Positions 26,101 to 35,944 are shown, numbered from the stretch's first letter. The stretch is DNA of 64,000 bases from an uncultured virus (IMG/VR IMGVR_UViG_3300031857_014466) (IMGVR_UViG_3300031857_014466); one strand, 5' to 3'. Notes: generated by a model from the letters alone, not told the origin. Numbers and translations are program-made.

Positions 26101-29100
26101 AGCGGTTCGGTAACTGCCCAAAGTGTAACGGCTGTTTCAATGAGTGCTTTTGATATAAGCGGTTCATTTGTTGGAGATGGTAGCCGATTGACAAATATTT
26201 TTATACCACCATTAGAAACAACACAAATTGCTAGTGGTTCGGTAACGGCATCTGCTAGACCTGATAAAGGATTTATTGTAGAATCTGGTCAATTTGGCAC
26301 TCAATTAACAGGTTCTCTATTTGTTAGTGGGGCTAGAGGTATAGAATTAACTTCTGGCTCATCATTTAGTGGTAGTGGTGAACGATTATTTAATATTCCA
26401 AGAACAGCATTGGCTCCTGATGCATTAGATACAAACAGAATTCTTTCTGGTTCTGTAACTGCTTCAGTATCTCCTAATTTTGGATTTAGAGTTGAATCTA
26501 CCGAAAGAGGTTCTCAATTTACCGGTTCTCTATTCCTAAGTGGTTCTGTATTTTTAAGAACAGGTTCATTTAGTGGTAGTGGTAGACAATTATTTGATAT
26601 ACCGGTTGCAGCAATTTCGGATTTAGATACTTCAAAAATATTTAGTGGTAGTGTAACTGCTTCAGTATCTCCTAATTTTGGATTTGTTGTAACTTCAGTA
26701 GCAAGTGGTTCTACTTTTAGTGGAAGTTTGACAGTAACTGGAACTTCTAGATTTTTTGGTGGAGTTTCTGCATCTGTATTTAGTGGTAGTGGTGCGGGAT
26801 TATCGGATATACCATTCTCAGCACTTTCTCAAGAATTATTTAGAATAGCAAGTGGAAGTGTTACAGCTTCAGCATTGCCTGATAGAGGATTTGTTGTTGA
26901 ATCTGCACCAAGTGGTTCAAGAATTACTGGTAGTGTTTATATTACCGGAAGTATGATTATAACCGCAACTAGCGGAGCATTAATTCTTGGTTCTTCATCT
27001 GCATATTTTGGTGAGGGTACTTATTTAAGAAATATTCCAAGAAATGCATTAAGTGAAGATGCTCTTATTTCAACTGAAATTAAATCAGGCTCAGTAACCG
27101 CATCAGTAGCACCAAACTTTGGGTTTAGAGTACAATCTTTAGCTAGTGGTTCTGAGTTTACAGGTTCGGTAGATATAAGTGGTAGTTTAAAAATTAAAGA
27201 TGGTGGTGTTGAATTAACAACAGCAAGTGCATTCTTTAGTGGTAGCGGCCAAGGATTATTTAATATACCTCGTTCAGCAATTGTTGAAGATGCTGTGAGA
27301 TTAGCATCAGGCTCAGTTACTGCATCAATTGCACCAAATACTGGATTTGTTGTAAATACATTCTCTACTATAAGTGGAAGTTTTATAGTTTCATCATCAA
27401 ATAGAATTATTAACTCTATTGATTTAAATAGAACTTTTGATATTATAAATGATGGTGCTAACGGATATTGGTTTAGTGGAGCAGCTAGTGGTTCAAACCC
27501 AACAATAACTTTAGTAAGAAATACTGAATATACATTTAATGTAAATGCTACTGGACATCCGTTTCATATTAAAGATACTCCTGTAACTGGTATAACTCAG
27601 CAATATAATAGTTGGGTTACTAATAATGGTGAAGACAATGGTACAATTACTTTCTTAGTATCTGGTAGCGCACCAAATACACTTTATTATATTTGCCAAT
27701 TCCATTCATCAATGCAGGGAATTATAAATGTAGTAGATGCTGTTTCTGCATCTGCACAAATATCATTCTTAGGTGATGTTGATATGAGTGGAAGCTTATT
27801 TGTAAACGCAATAAGTGGAGCCGTTTATATTGATTCATCATCATTCATCTACGCAGAAGGACAATATTTAAGAAGAATCCCTCGTTCAGCATTAACAGAA
27901 GATGCATTAATTAGTACAGAAATTAAAAGTGGTAGTGTAACCGCATCTGTTTCTCCTGAATATGGATTTAATGTAATTACACCATTTACTGGTTCTGAAA
28001 TTGGTTCTAGATTTACAGGTTCATTAGATATAACTGGTAGTGTTTATATAGATTCTGGTTCATTTATATTTGCAGAAGGACAGTATCTTAGAAGAATACC
28101 TCGTTCAGCACTTACTGAAGATGCACTTATTTCAACTGAAATTAAATCAGGTTCAGTAACGGCATCTGTAGCACCTGATTATGGTTTTAAAGTAATTACT
28201 CCGTTCACATCATCAATAGATACTGAATATTTTAGTACTCAAATTGGTTCTCAATTTACAGGTTCAGTTGATATTAGTGGTAGCTTGTATTTGAATGATA
28301 TGAGTGGTGGATTATTTATTGGTTCATCATCATTCATCTATGCAGAAGGACAATATCTTAGAAGAATCCCTCGTTCAGCATTAACCGAAGATGCATTAAT
28401 ATCAACTGAAATTAAATCAGGTTCGGTAACAGCATCTGTAAATCCTGATGATGGATTTAAGGTAATTACACCATTTACCGCATCTGCATTTGGTTCTCAA
28501 TTTACTGGTTCGGTGGATATAAGTGGTAGTTTGAGAGCATTCTTTTTGATTGGAGATGGTTCTCAAATTACAAACGTACAAGCAGCAGCATCACCATTAA
28601 TTGCTAGTGGTAGTGCAACAGCATCTGTAGCAAGTGGAGATAGATTAGTAGTGACAACAGCTTATACAGGGTCTGGTATTGGTTCTGAATTTACGGGTTC
28701 TATATCGGTTAGTGGTAGTATTTTTGCACAATTCTTTGTAGGAGATGGCTCTCAAATTACGAATGTACAAGCTGCTGCAGCACCATTTATCGCTAGTGGT
28801 TCGGCAACTGCATCGGTAGCAAGTGGTAGAAAATTTGTAGTAACAACTTCAGAAACGGGCTCATCATTTGGTTCATTGTTTACTGGAAGTGTTGATGTAA
28901 GTGGTAGTGTAAGAGCATTCTCATTTATTGGAGATGGTTCTCAATTAACAAATGTACAAGCGGCAGCAGCTCCTTTAATTGCTAGTGGTAGTGCAACAGC
29001 TTCTGTTCAAAGTGGAAGATATTTTGAGGTTGTAACATCAGCACCATCTGGTTCGGTTGGTTCTCAATTTACTGGTTCAGTAGAAATATCTGGTTCAATA

Positions 29101-32100
29101 TCATCATCTAAATATATTGGCGATGGTGGTGGATTATTCAATATCCCTGCATCAGCACTTCAAGACCTTCAATTAGATAGAATCCAATCTGGTTCAGCTA
29201 GAACAATACAAAGACCGGATACATTAGATATTAATACTGAAATTACAGCTGCACTTTATCGTGGTGATGGTGGTGGTTTATTTAATATCCCTGCAAATGC
29301 TTTGCAAGACCTAAAATTAGATAGAATACAATCTGGGTCAGCACAGGCGGTAATATCTCCAAATTTAGGACTTGATATAAACACATCTACTAGAATACAT
29401 TCTGGTTCATTAACTGTTAGTGGTAGTGTTTTTGTTAGTGGAGGAAATGTAATATTACAAAGTGGTTCATCATATGTTGGTGATGGTAGTGGATTGTATA
29501 ATATTAATATTGCAAACTTATCATTTGAAACATTTATTTTAAAGAGTGGAAGCGTAACTGCATCTATTTCGCCTGATAAAGGATTTGTAGTAAACACATC
29601 TTCATTTATTTGGGGTGATTTATACAATACAGCAAATACAGCTTATTTAAATAAAGTAACTGCATCACAATATGTTTTTGCACCATTATTCACTGGTTCA
29701 TTCTTAGGTACATATAATTTCCAAGGAGTTGGACCAACTGCATCAGCTGAATATCAAATATTAAGATTCAACGAAACTCAGGGTTATTTCATTCCACAAC
29801 CTGAAACTTCATTAACTGAAACTGTATCATTTAGTAATGTAAGTAATTTAACTATTGTTCACAACTTAGGAATTTTATATCCTATGGTTCAGGTTTACGC
29901 AACTGGTTCTGAAGACCAAATTATACCTGGAACAATTAAATCAATTGATGAAGATACAATACAAATTATATTCGCTGGATTAACATCTGGACATGTTGTA
30001 ATTGGTAGTGGTGGTAGTGTAATAAGTGGTACTATTCAAGGTGATAGAGTATTTGGAACTGTACTTTCAGCATCACATGCAATAAGAGCAGATTTAGCAG
30101 ACGCTGTTACTGGATTTGATTCGGCATCGTTAGTAGCATTATCTGCATCATTATCAAATGCCAATGCTTATGTAAGAAATGACCAAACATCATCAATGAG
30201 TGTGTTTGGTGCAGTTAGTTCTTCTTACGCATTAACCGCATCATATGTTGAAAATTTAAGCGGATTAACATTGGTTGATTATGTAAGAAACGATAGAACT
30301 TCTTCAATGACAGTTTTATCAGCATCTTTTGCATCAACTGCATCTTACGCATTATTTGCACAAAACGCATCAAATGTAGATACATCAAACTTTGTTCAAA
30401 ATTCACAAACCGCATCAATGTTGGTGGGTACTGCTTCATTAGCATTTACCGCATCATACGCTTTATACGCTCTAAATGCGGAAGGTGTAAATACAGCATC
30501 ATTCTTACAAGTAAATAAAGATTCTTCAATAAACGCTAATTTAACAATTAGTGGAAGTTTAGGAGTAAGCGGTAGTTTATTATTAGGAAACTTAGCATCT
30601 GGTTCATCAGAGGATGTTGTTGTATGGAACTCATTAACTAAAAAATTAGAAAGAAGAAACATAGTAGCAGCAGTTGGTTCTTCGGGTACTGCTGGTAGTG
30701 GAGGTTCATCTGGTACATCTGGTAGTTCAGGAAGTTCTGGTTCGTCTGGTTCTTCTGGAAGTTCTGGTTCAAGCGGCTCTAGCGGTTCTTCTGGAAGCGC
30801 AGGTACATCTGGTACGGATGGTTCTTCTGGCTCAAGCGGTTCATCGGGTAGTTCTGGTTCAAGCGGCTCAAGCGGAAGTAGTGGTAGTAGTGGTTCATCA
30901 GGAACTTCAGGTTCGTCTGGTTCAAGTGGTACGTCTGGAACATCTGGCACAAGTGGTACATCTGGCTCAAGCGGAAGTAGTGGTAGTAGTGGTTCATCGG
31001 GAACTTCTGGTAGTGGTGGTACAAGTGGTACATCAGGAACTTCTGGTACATCTGGCTCAAGCGGTACATCTGGCACAACGGGTTCAAGTGGTACATCTGG
31101 CACATCGGGTACATCAGGTACAAGCGGCTCATCAGGAACTTCTGGAACATCTGGAACAGCTGGTTCTGGGGGTACATCGGGAACTTCTGGCACATCAGGT
31201 ACATCTGGTACGAGTGGTACATCTGGTACAAGCGGCACAAGCGGTTCATCGGGAACATCTGGTTCGAGTGGCTCGAGTGGAAGTGGTGGAACTTCTGGTT
31301 CTGGTGGTACATCAGGTTCAAGCGGTAGTGGTGGTACTTCTGGCACAAGCGGTAGTGGAGGTTCAAGCGGTTCATCTGGTTCTGGTGGTTCAAGCGGTTC
31401 ATCGGGAACATCTGGAAGTGGTGGCACAAGCGGTACATCAGGTACCTCTGGTTCAAGCGGTAGTGGTGGAACATCAGGCTCTGCTGGTAGTGGAGGTTCT
31501 GCCGGTTCTTCTGGAACTGGTGGTACTTCGGGAAGTTCTGGTTCAAGCGGAACATCGGGTACAAGCGGCACATCTGGTAGTGGAGGTACTTCGGGTACTT
31601 CGGGTTCAGATGGTTTAGCAGGTACATCAGGTTCAAGTGGTACATCTGGAACTTCTGGCACATCGGGTACATCGGGAAGTAGTGGTACATCTGGCTCAAG
31701 CGGTACAACAGGTTCAAGTGGTACGTCTGGCACATCGGGTACAAGTGGCACATCTGGTTCAGATGGTACTTCGGGTTCTTCGGGAAGTTCTGGTTCAAGC
31801 GGTACAACAGGTTCAAGCGGTACAAGCGGTACATCCGGCACTTCTGGTTCATCTGGTTCGTCTGGAACAAGCGGAAGTAGTGGAAGCTCGGGTACATCAG
31901 GTACAACTGGTTCAAGCGGCACAAGCGGTTCGTCTGGTTCAAGTGGTACATCGGGAACCGATGGTACATCTGGTTCATCTGGCACATCCGGCTCAAGCGG
32001 TACATCGGGTTCAACTGGTTCATCGGGTACTTCTGGAAGTAGTGGTACATCCGGTACTTCTGGTTCAGATGGAACTTCTGGAAGTTCTGGCTCAAGCGGC

Positions 32101-34572
32101 ACAGCTGGTACAACTGGTTCTGCTGGTACAACTGGTTCATCCGGTACAACTGGTTCTGCTGGTACAAGTGGTATAGATGGAACTTCGGGAACATCTGGGT
32201 CAGATGGAACTTCTGGTTCATCTGGTACAGCAGGCAGTTCGGGAACTGATGGTTCTGCTGGTACATCTGGAACTACGGGGTCAAGCGGTACATCTGGAAT
32301 AGATGGAACTTCTGGAACATCGGGTTCAGATGGCACTTCGGGAACCGCTGGTTCAAGTGGCACAAGCGGAACGGATGGTTCAGCTGGTACAACAGGTTCT
32401 TCTGGCACAAGCGGTATAGATGGTACATCGGGAACTTCAGGCTCAGATGGTACTTCTGGTTCAAGTGGGTCTTCTGGTACAAGTGGTACTCAAGGTACAT
32501 CTGGTAGTGATGGCACAAGCGGTACATCGGGAACTTCTGGTTTAGATGGAACATACTTTGGTAGTAGTGGAACAGCTGGTACAAGCGGTACAACTGGCAC
32601 AGCCGGCTCATCTGGCTCATCTGGTACTTCTGGCACATCAGGAACTTCTGGTTTAGATGGAACATACTTTGGTAGTAGTGGTACATCGGGTACATCTGGT
32701 AGCGGAGGTTCTTCTGGCACATCGGGTACAAGTGGTACTTCGGGAAGTACAGGTTCAAGTGGTACAACAGGAACATCAGGAACTTCTGGTTTAGATGGAA
32801 CATATTTTGGTAGTAGTGGCACAAGCGGCACATCAGGTACAAGCGGCACAAGCGGTACATCAGGAACTTCTGGCTCTACTGGTACATCTGGTACAAGTGG
32901 ATTAGATGGAACATATTTTGGTAGTAGTGGTACAAGCGGTACAAATGGCACATCAGGTACTTCTGGTTCAAATGGTACTTCTGGCTCCTCTGGAAGTAGT
33001 GGTACATCAGGAACTTCTGGTTTAGATGGAACTTTCTTTGGTTCAAGCGGAAGTAGTGGTTCTTCAGGAACTTCTGGAGCTGGTTCGTCTGGTTCTAGTG
33101 GTTCTAGTGGTTCAAGTGGTACAAGTGGCTTGGATGGAACATTCTTTGGTTCATCTGGAAGTAGTGGTTCTTCAGGAACTTCTGGAGCTGGAACTTCTGG
33201 TTCAAGTGGTACTGATGGTAGCGCAGGTTCAAGTGGTACTTCTGGTTTAGATGGAACTTTCTTTGGTAGTAATGGTACAAGTGGTATAAGTGGTACAAGC
33301 GGCACGTCTGGTTCTTCTGGTACAAGCGGCTTAGCAGGTTCTAATGGTACAAGCGGTACAAGCGGTACATCTGGTTTTGATGGTACATTCTTTGGTTCTT
33401 CTGGCACAAGCGGTTCTTCCGGTACAAGCGGTACATCTGGTTCTACTGGAACAGCGGGTTCGTCTGGTTCTTCTGGTGTTAGTGGTACTTCTGGTTTTGA
33501 TGGTACATTCTTTGGTTCTTCGGGTACTTCTGGTACAAGCGGTACAAGCGGTTCTTCTGGTTCAAATGGCACAAGCGGAACAAGTGGAACATCTGGTATA
33601 AGCGGTACTTCTGGTTTTGATGGTACATATTTTGGTTCTTCAGGAACTTCTGGTACTTCAGGAACTTCTGGTTCAAATGGTACATCAGGTTCAAATGGTA
33701 CATCGGGTTCAACTGGCACAAATGGTACATCAGGTACTTCTGGTTTTGATGGTACATTCTTTGGAAGTAGTGGAACTTCTGGTAGTTCTGGGGCGCAAGG
33801 TTCTACGGGAGCAGCTGGTTCATCAGGAACTTCTGGTACAACCCCTCCGGGTTTCACATCTGGTACAAGCGGTACAGGAGGCACATCAGGTCAAACTGGT
33901 TCGTCTGGTACTTCAGGTACAACACCTCCAGGTTTTACATCTGGTACAGCAGGTACTTCAGGCCAAACTGGTTCGTCTGGTACTTCAGGTACAACACCTC
34001 CTGGCTTTACGTCTGGTACAGCAGGTACTTCGGGTCAAACAGGAACTTCTGGCACTTCGGGAACAACTCCACCAAACTTTACATCCGGTACGTCTGGTAC
34101 AAACGGATTTAGTTTAAATGGTACAACTGATAATGGATTATTAACATACCAAGCAGTTCCAACAGCAGCTATTGTTGAAAGTAATTTAACTTTTGATGGA
34201 AGTTCTCTTTCATTAACGGGAGACCAAACTGTAAGTGGATTTATAGCATCAACAACGTTTAGAGAAACTTTCTATGATTATGGTACGGGTGGTAGTGTCT
34301 CTATTGATTTTACATTAGGTAATAATTTTAGAAGACAATTTAATGGAGCAGGTACGGTATCATTTACAAATGTACCACCTTCAAACGCATTTGGATTTAC
34401 ACTAACATTGGTAAACGCTGGTGCTTTTGCAATCACATGGCCTGGAAACTTAGATTGGGCAGGTGGTACTGCACCTATTCTTACATCAGCTGGTACTGAT
34501 GTATTAACAATATTTACGTTTAATGGTGGCACAACATACTATGGATTTGTAGTTGGTAAAAATATGAGTTAA
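23200..34572 (+). CDS. Giant fibre protein: beta-repeat shaft, two cupredoxin-like domains, ~1140-aa Gly-X-Y (Ser/Thr) tract, C-terminal tip-binding domain
   Basis: 3790 aa. Contains many IASGSVTASVSP..GF.V....GSQFTGS...SGS...GDG..L.NIP repeats, two H...C-x2-H-x2-M domains, a G-[ST]-S tract, and C-terminal ITWP..LDWAGGTAP.LT..G.D typical of phage fibre ends. Confidence 0.85.
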   Translation: MAISNLLTGRVRVVSPKNVTPDRYQFIDLSQVEPNLGVPNFSASLSGSPAIVVSDDQGNRGFVRSLDLDRVTGQFTGSFTGSATSLSGSFTGSFTGSFSGSFSGDGSGLTNLPLSNTAERLASSSFTASFSPTSLNINTNVSVGGNLYVSKSIYADQLVVNIISSSIIYSSGSNIFGNDDSDIQQFTGSVRVQSEFIGNNVTGSSFSGSFTGSFFGDGRNIFNLPEATRISSGSITASVTPEFGFKVESVDSGSQFTGSVSITGSLFVSPYSGSIVLDSGSSYYGEGTYLRNIPLSALNIDSLIASKIASGSVTASVSPNFGLKVESLASGSQFTGSLFVSGAVIAIYSGSFSGSGDKLFNIPRSALAPDALLSPLIASGSVTASVAPNFGFVVTSAQSGSEFTGSVDISGSLFVSGTLSTSQSVYVNSYSGALYIASSSVLYADGQYLRNIPRSALTEDALISAEIKSGSVTASVSPDFGFRVQTPFTSSAFGSQFTGSVDVSGSVRAFAFIGDGSQITNVQAQAAPRIASGSVTASVSPVFGFKVEALASGSEFTGSVDVSGSIFIPSGSGLFSGSGRGLFDIPRSALAPDALLSTFIASGSVTASVSPDEGFVVTSVNSGSKFSGSVFIDSASFLYADGTYLRNVPLSALATDALKVTLMATGSDSASVSASVSLEQGFIVFSPNSGSQFTGSLFVSGNIEIFTGSFSGSGKLLREIPIDAIPDLDLSKIGSGSVTASIRPNEGFRVNTFSTFTGSMLISASATYLPSESIQTVFNVTNSGASAYVFTGAANGQNPTITLVRGITYTFNVNASGHPFWIKTAQTSGTSNAYNTGVTNNGDDVGIITFTPDVSAPNTLYYICQFHGIMAGTINIVDAILQRGPDVTISGSLFVSDRIVAREVTASISASFIQGDGGGLFNIPRSAFTGDSFRISSGSVTASVSPVYGFRVESAEKGSEITGSVFVSGSVTAQSVTAVSMSAFDISGSFVGDGSRLTNIFIPPLETTQIASGSVTASARPDKGFIVESGQFGTQLTGSLFVSGARGIELTSGSSFSGSGERLFNIPRTALAPDALDTNRILSGSVTASVSPNFGFRVESTERGSQFTGSLFLSGSVFLRTGSFSGSGRQLFDIPVAAISDLDTSKIFSGSVTASVSPNFGFVVTSVASGSTFSGSLTVTGTSRFFGGVSASVFSGSGAGLSDIPFSALSQELFRIASGSVTASALPDRGFVVESAPSGSRITGSVYITGSMIITATSGALILGSSSAYFGEGTYLRNIPRNALSEDALISTEIKSGSVTASVAPNFGFRVQSLASGSEFTGSVDISGSLKIKDGGVELTTASAFFSGSGQGLFNIPRSAIVEDAVRLASGSVTASIAPNTGFVVNTFSTISGSFIVSSSNRIINSIDLNRTFDIINDGANGYWFSGAASGSNPTITLVRNTEYTFNVNATGHPFHIKDTPVTGITQQYNSWVTNNGEDNGTITFLVSGSAPNTLYYICQFHSSMQGIINVVDAVSASAQISFLGDVDMSGSLFVNAISGAVYIDSSSFIYAEGQYLRRIPRSALTEDALISTEIKSGSVTASVSPEYGFNVITPFTGSEIGSRFTGSLDITGSVYIDSGSFIFAEGQYLRRIPRSALTEDALISTEIKSGSVTASVAPDYGFKVITPFTSSIDTEYFSTQIGSQFTGSVDISGSLYLNDMSGGLFIGSSSFIYAEGQYLRRIPRSALTEDALISTEIKSGSVTASVNPDDGFKVITPFTASAFGSQFTGSVDISGSLRAFFLIGDGSQITNVQAAASPLIASGSATASVASGDRLVVTTAYTGSGIGSEFTGSISVSGSIFAQFFVGDGSQITNVQAAAAPFIASGSATASVASGRKFVVTTSETGSSFGSLFTGSVDVSGSVRAFSFIGDGSQLTNVQAAAAPLIASGSATASVQSGRYFEVVTSAPSGSVGSQFTGSVEISGSISSSKYIGDGGGLFNIPASALQDLQLDRIQSGSARTIQRPDTLDINTEITAALYRGDGGGLFNIPANALQDLKLDRIQSGSAQAVISPNLGLDINTSTRIHSGSLTVSGSVFVSGGNVILQSGSSYVGDGSGLYNINIANLSFETFILKSGSVTASISPDKGFVVNTSSFIWGDLYNTANTAYLNKVTASQYVFAPLFTGSFLGTYNFQGVGPTASAEYQILRFNETQGYFIPQPETSLTETVSFSNVSNLTIVHNLGILYPMVQVYATGSEDQIIPGTIKSIDEDTIQIIFAGLTSGHVVIGSGGSVISGTIQGDRVFGTVLSASHAIRADLADAVTGFDSASLVALSASLSNANAYVRNDQTSSMSVFGAVSSSYALTASYVENLSGLTLVDYVRNDRTSSMTVLSASFASTASYALFAQNASNVDTSNFVQNSQTASMLVGTASLAFTASYALYALNAEGVNTASFLQVNKDSSINANLTISGSLGVSGSLLLGNLASGSSEDVVVWNSLTKKLERRNIVAAVGSSGTAGSGGSSGTSGSSGSSGSSGSSGSSGSSGSSGSSGSAGTSGTDGSSGSSGSSGSSGSSGSSGSSGSSGSSGTSGSSGSSGTSGTSGTSGTSGSSGSSGSSGSSGTSGSGGTSGTSGTSGTSGSSGTSGTTGSSGTSGTSGTSGTSGSSGTSGTSGTAGSGGTSGTSGTSGTSGTSGTSGTSGTSGSSGTSGSSGSSGSGGTSGSGGTSGSSGSGGTSGTSGSGGSSGSSGSGGSSGSSGTSGSGGTSGTSGTSGSSGSGGTSGSAGSGGSAGSSGTGGTSGSSGSSGTSGTSGTSGSGGTSGTSGSDGLAGTSGSSGTSGTSGTSGTSGSSGTSGSSGTTGSSGTSGTSGTSGTSGSDGTSGSSGSSGSSGTTGSSGTSGTSGTSGSSGSSGTSGSSGSSGTSGTTGSSGTSGSSGSSGTSGTDGTSGSSGTSGSSGTSGSTGSSGTSGSSGTSGTSGSDGTSGSSGSSGTAGTTGSAGTTGSSGTTGSAGTSGIDGTSGTSGSDGTSGSSGTAGSSGTDGSAGTSGTTGSSGTSGIDGTSGTSGSDGTSGTAGSSGTSGTDGSAGTTGSSGTSGIDGTSGTSGSDGTSGSSGSSGTSGTQGTSGSDGTSGTSGTSGLDGTYFGSSGTAGTSGTTGTAGSSGSSGTSGTSGTSGLDGTYFGSSGTSGTSGSGGSSGTSGTSGTSGSTGSSGTTGTSGTSGLDGTYFGSSGTSGTSGTSGTSGTSGTSGSTGTSGTSGLDGTYFGSSGTSGTNGTSGTSGSNGTSGSSGSSGTSGTSGLDGTFFGSSGSSGSSGTSGAGSSGSSGSSGSSGTSGLDGTFFGSSGSSGSSGTSGAGTSGSSGTDGSAGSSGTSGLDGTFFGSNGTSGISGTSGTSGSSGTSGLAGSNGTSGTSGTSGFDGTFFGSSGTSGSSGTSGTSGSTGTAGSSGSSGVSGTSGFDGTFFGSSGTSGTSGTSGSSGSNGTSGTSGTSGISGTSGFDGTYFGSSGTSGTSGTSGSNGTSGSNGTSGSTGTNGTSGTSGFDGTFFGSSGTSGSSGAQGSTGAAGSSGTSGTTPPGFTSGTSGTGGTSGQTGSSGTSGTTPPGFTSGTAGTSGQTGSSGTSGTTPPGFTSGTAGTSGQTGTSGTSGTTPPNFTSGTSGTNGFSLNGTTDNGLLTYQAVPTAAIVESNLTFDGSSLSLTGDQTVSGFIASTTFRETFYDYGTGGSVSIDFTLGNNFRRQFNGAGTVSFTNVPPSNAFGFTLTLVNAGAFAITWPGNLDWAGGTAPILTSAGTDVLTIFTFNGGTTYYGFVVGKNMS
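30676..34107 (+). repeat. Gly-X-Y low-complexity tract (mostly GSS/GTS), ~1144 codons
   Basis: Gly at every third residue, interrupted by 11 [LF]DGT[YF]FG and 4 TPP[GN]F units; synonymous codons are mixed. Confidence 0.95.
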
Positions 34573-34583
34573 TAATTATAGTT

Positions 34584-35486
34584 ATGAGTATAGCAAGAAA
34601 ATTAATACCTTCGGAGTCTGGACAAGCTTTCCCATTTGTATTTAGAATACAAACAACTTTAGCAAACACAACATTTACAGTTCCTTTAGTTGATTATGGT
34701 GGATTGACTCCAAATTTAACAATTAGTTGGGGAGATAGCTCTGGCTCACCTTTAATAACATCATCAACATCTACAGATAGAATTCACACATATGTGTCTC
34801 CTGGCACTTATACAATTACAATAAGCGGATTTATGCCAGGATTTCGTGTGGATAACAATGCTAGTATTAGAAATCTTATTACTGAGTTAGTTCAATGGGG
34901 AATTGTTGGATTAAGAACTATTAACTTTTATGGTTGTGTAAATTTAACAGCAATACCTGGTAGTGGTACATTGAGTGCTGTTGGTGGATATACTGGATTA
35001 GCGGAAGTTGTATCATTTGCATCTTTTATGAGAGGTACTAGAATAACTTCTATACCTTCTGATATATTTGATTACTCACCAAATGCAACAACTTTTACGG
35101 ATACATTTTCATCAATAACAACGATAACAACTGTACCAAATGGATTATTTAATAATGTACCTTTAGCAACTACATTTGCATCTTGCTTTTTTGCTTGTAC
35201 AAATTTAACAACAGTACCATCAACACTATTTGATTTGAATGTAAATGTTGTAAACTTTTCGGCAACATTTAGAAATTGTCAGGCACTTACAAATGTTTTA
35301 CAATTTACAAATAATACAATTGTAACTATTTTTAATAACGTTTATAATATGAGTTCAACTTCAAATGCATTAACCGGTACAGCTCCTGAATTATGGAATA
35401 GAAGTCCAATACCAGCTGGCTCAGCAGCATTTAGAAATTGCGTTAATTTAAGTAATTTTGCATCAATACCTGTAACTTTCAAATAA
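34584..35486 (+). CDS. Putative receptor-binding/tip protein: PKD-like N-domain plus BspA-type leucine-rich repeats
   Basis: 300 aa; TISWGD...HTY..PGTYTITISG followed by F..C.NLT.(I/V)P..LF repeats. Confidence 0.7.
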   Translation: MSIARKLIPSESGQAFPFVFRIQTTLANTTFTVPLVDYGGLTPNLTISWGDSSGSPLITSSTSTDRIHTYVSPGTYTITISGFMPGFRVDNNASIRNLITELVQWGIVGLRTINFYGCVNLTAIPGSGTLSAVGGYTGLAEVVSFASFMRGTRITSIPSDIFDYSPNATTFTDTFSSITTITTVPNGLFNNVPLATTFASCFFACTNLTTVPSTLFDLNVNVVNFSATFRNCQALTNVLQFTNNTIVTIFNNVYNMSSTSNALTGTAPELWNRSPIPAGSAAFRNCVNLSNFASIPVTFK

Positions 35487-35487
35487 T

Positions 35488-35931
35488 ATGTATTTAAGAA
35501 TTATAAATAATGAAATCAATTATCCATACTCTTTACAAAAATTAAGAGATGATAATCCACAAACTAGCTTTCCATCTGAAATGACAGAAAGTTTGATGAA
35601 TGAATTTGATATTTTTGAAGTAAGACAAACTCCAAAACCAAATGATTACACAAAAAATATTTCTGAAGCAACTCCAATATTAGTAGATGGAGATTATTAT
35701 CAAAATTGGCAACAAATTGATGCTTCAACTTCTGAAATAAATGCAAGAATAGAAGCTAAATGGATTGAAATTAGACAAATTAGAAATGAATTATTGTTAG
35801 AATGTGATTGGACACAATTGGGAGATATTCCAAATGAAACAAAATCAATTTGGCAAACATATAGGCAAGAATTAAGAGATGTTACATCACAATCAAACCC
35901 TTTTAGTATAACTTGGCCTGCTAAACCTTAA
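35488..35931 (+). CDS. Tail fibre assembly chaperone
   Basis: 147 aa; C-terminal W..IR..RN.LL.ECDWTQL.D.P......W..YRQELRD......F.I.WP.KP is the typical fibre chaperone signature. Confidence 0.85.
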   Translation: MYLRIINNEINYPYSLQKLRDDNPQTSFPSEMTESLMNEFDIFEVRQTPKPNDYTKNISEATPILVDGDYYQNWQQIDASTSEINARIEAKWIEIRQIRNELLLECDWTQLGDIPNETKSIWQTYRQELRDVTSQSNPFSITWPAKP

Positions 35932-35944
35932 TTAGTGTTGGTTT

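Noticed and set aside
30396..33884. Long minus-strand ORFs (670, 495, 464 aa) of P-E/D-V/L repeats and alternative-frame V-H/Q-L ORFs
   Set aside because: They are shadows of the Gly-Ser-Thr codon repeats, which lack stops in other frames; they have no independent start signals or non-repetitive content.
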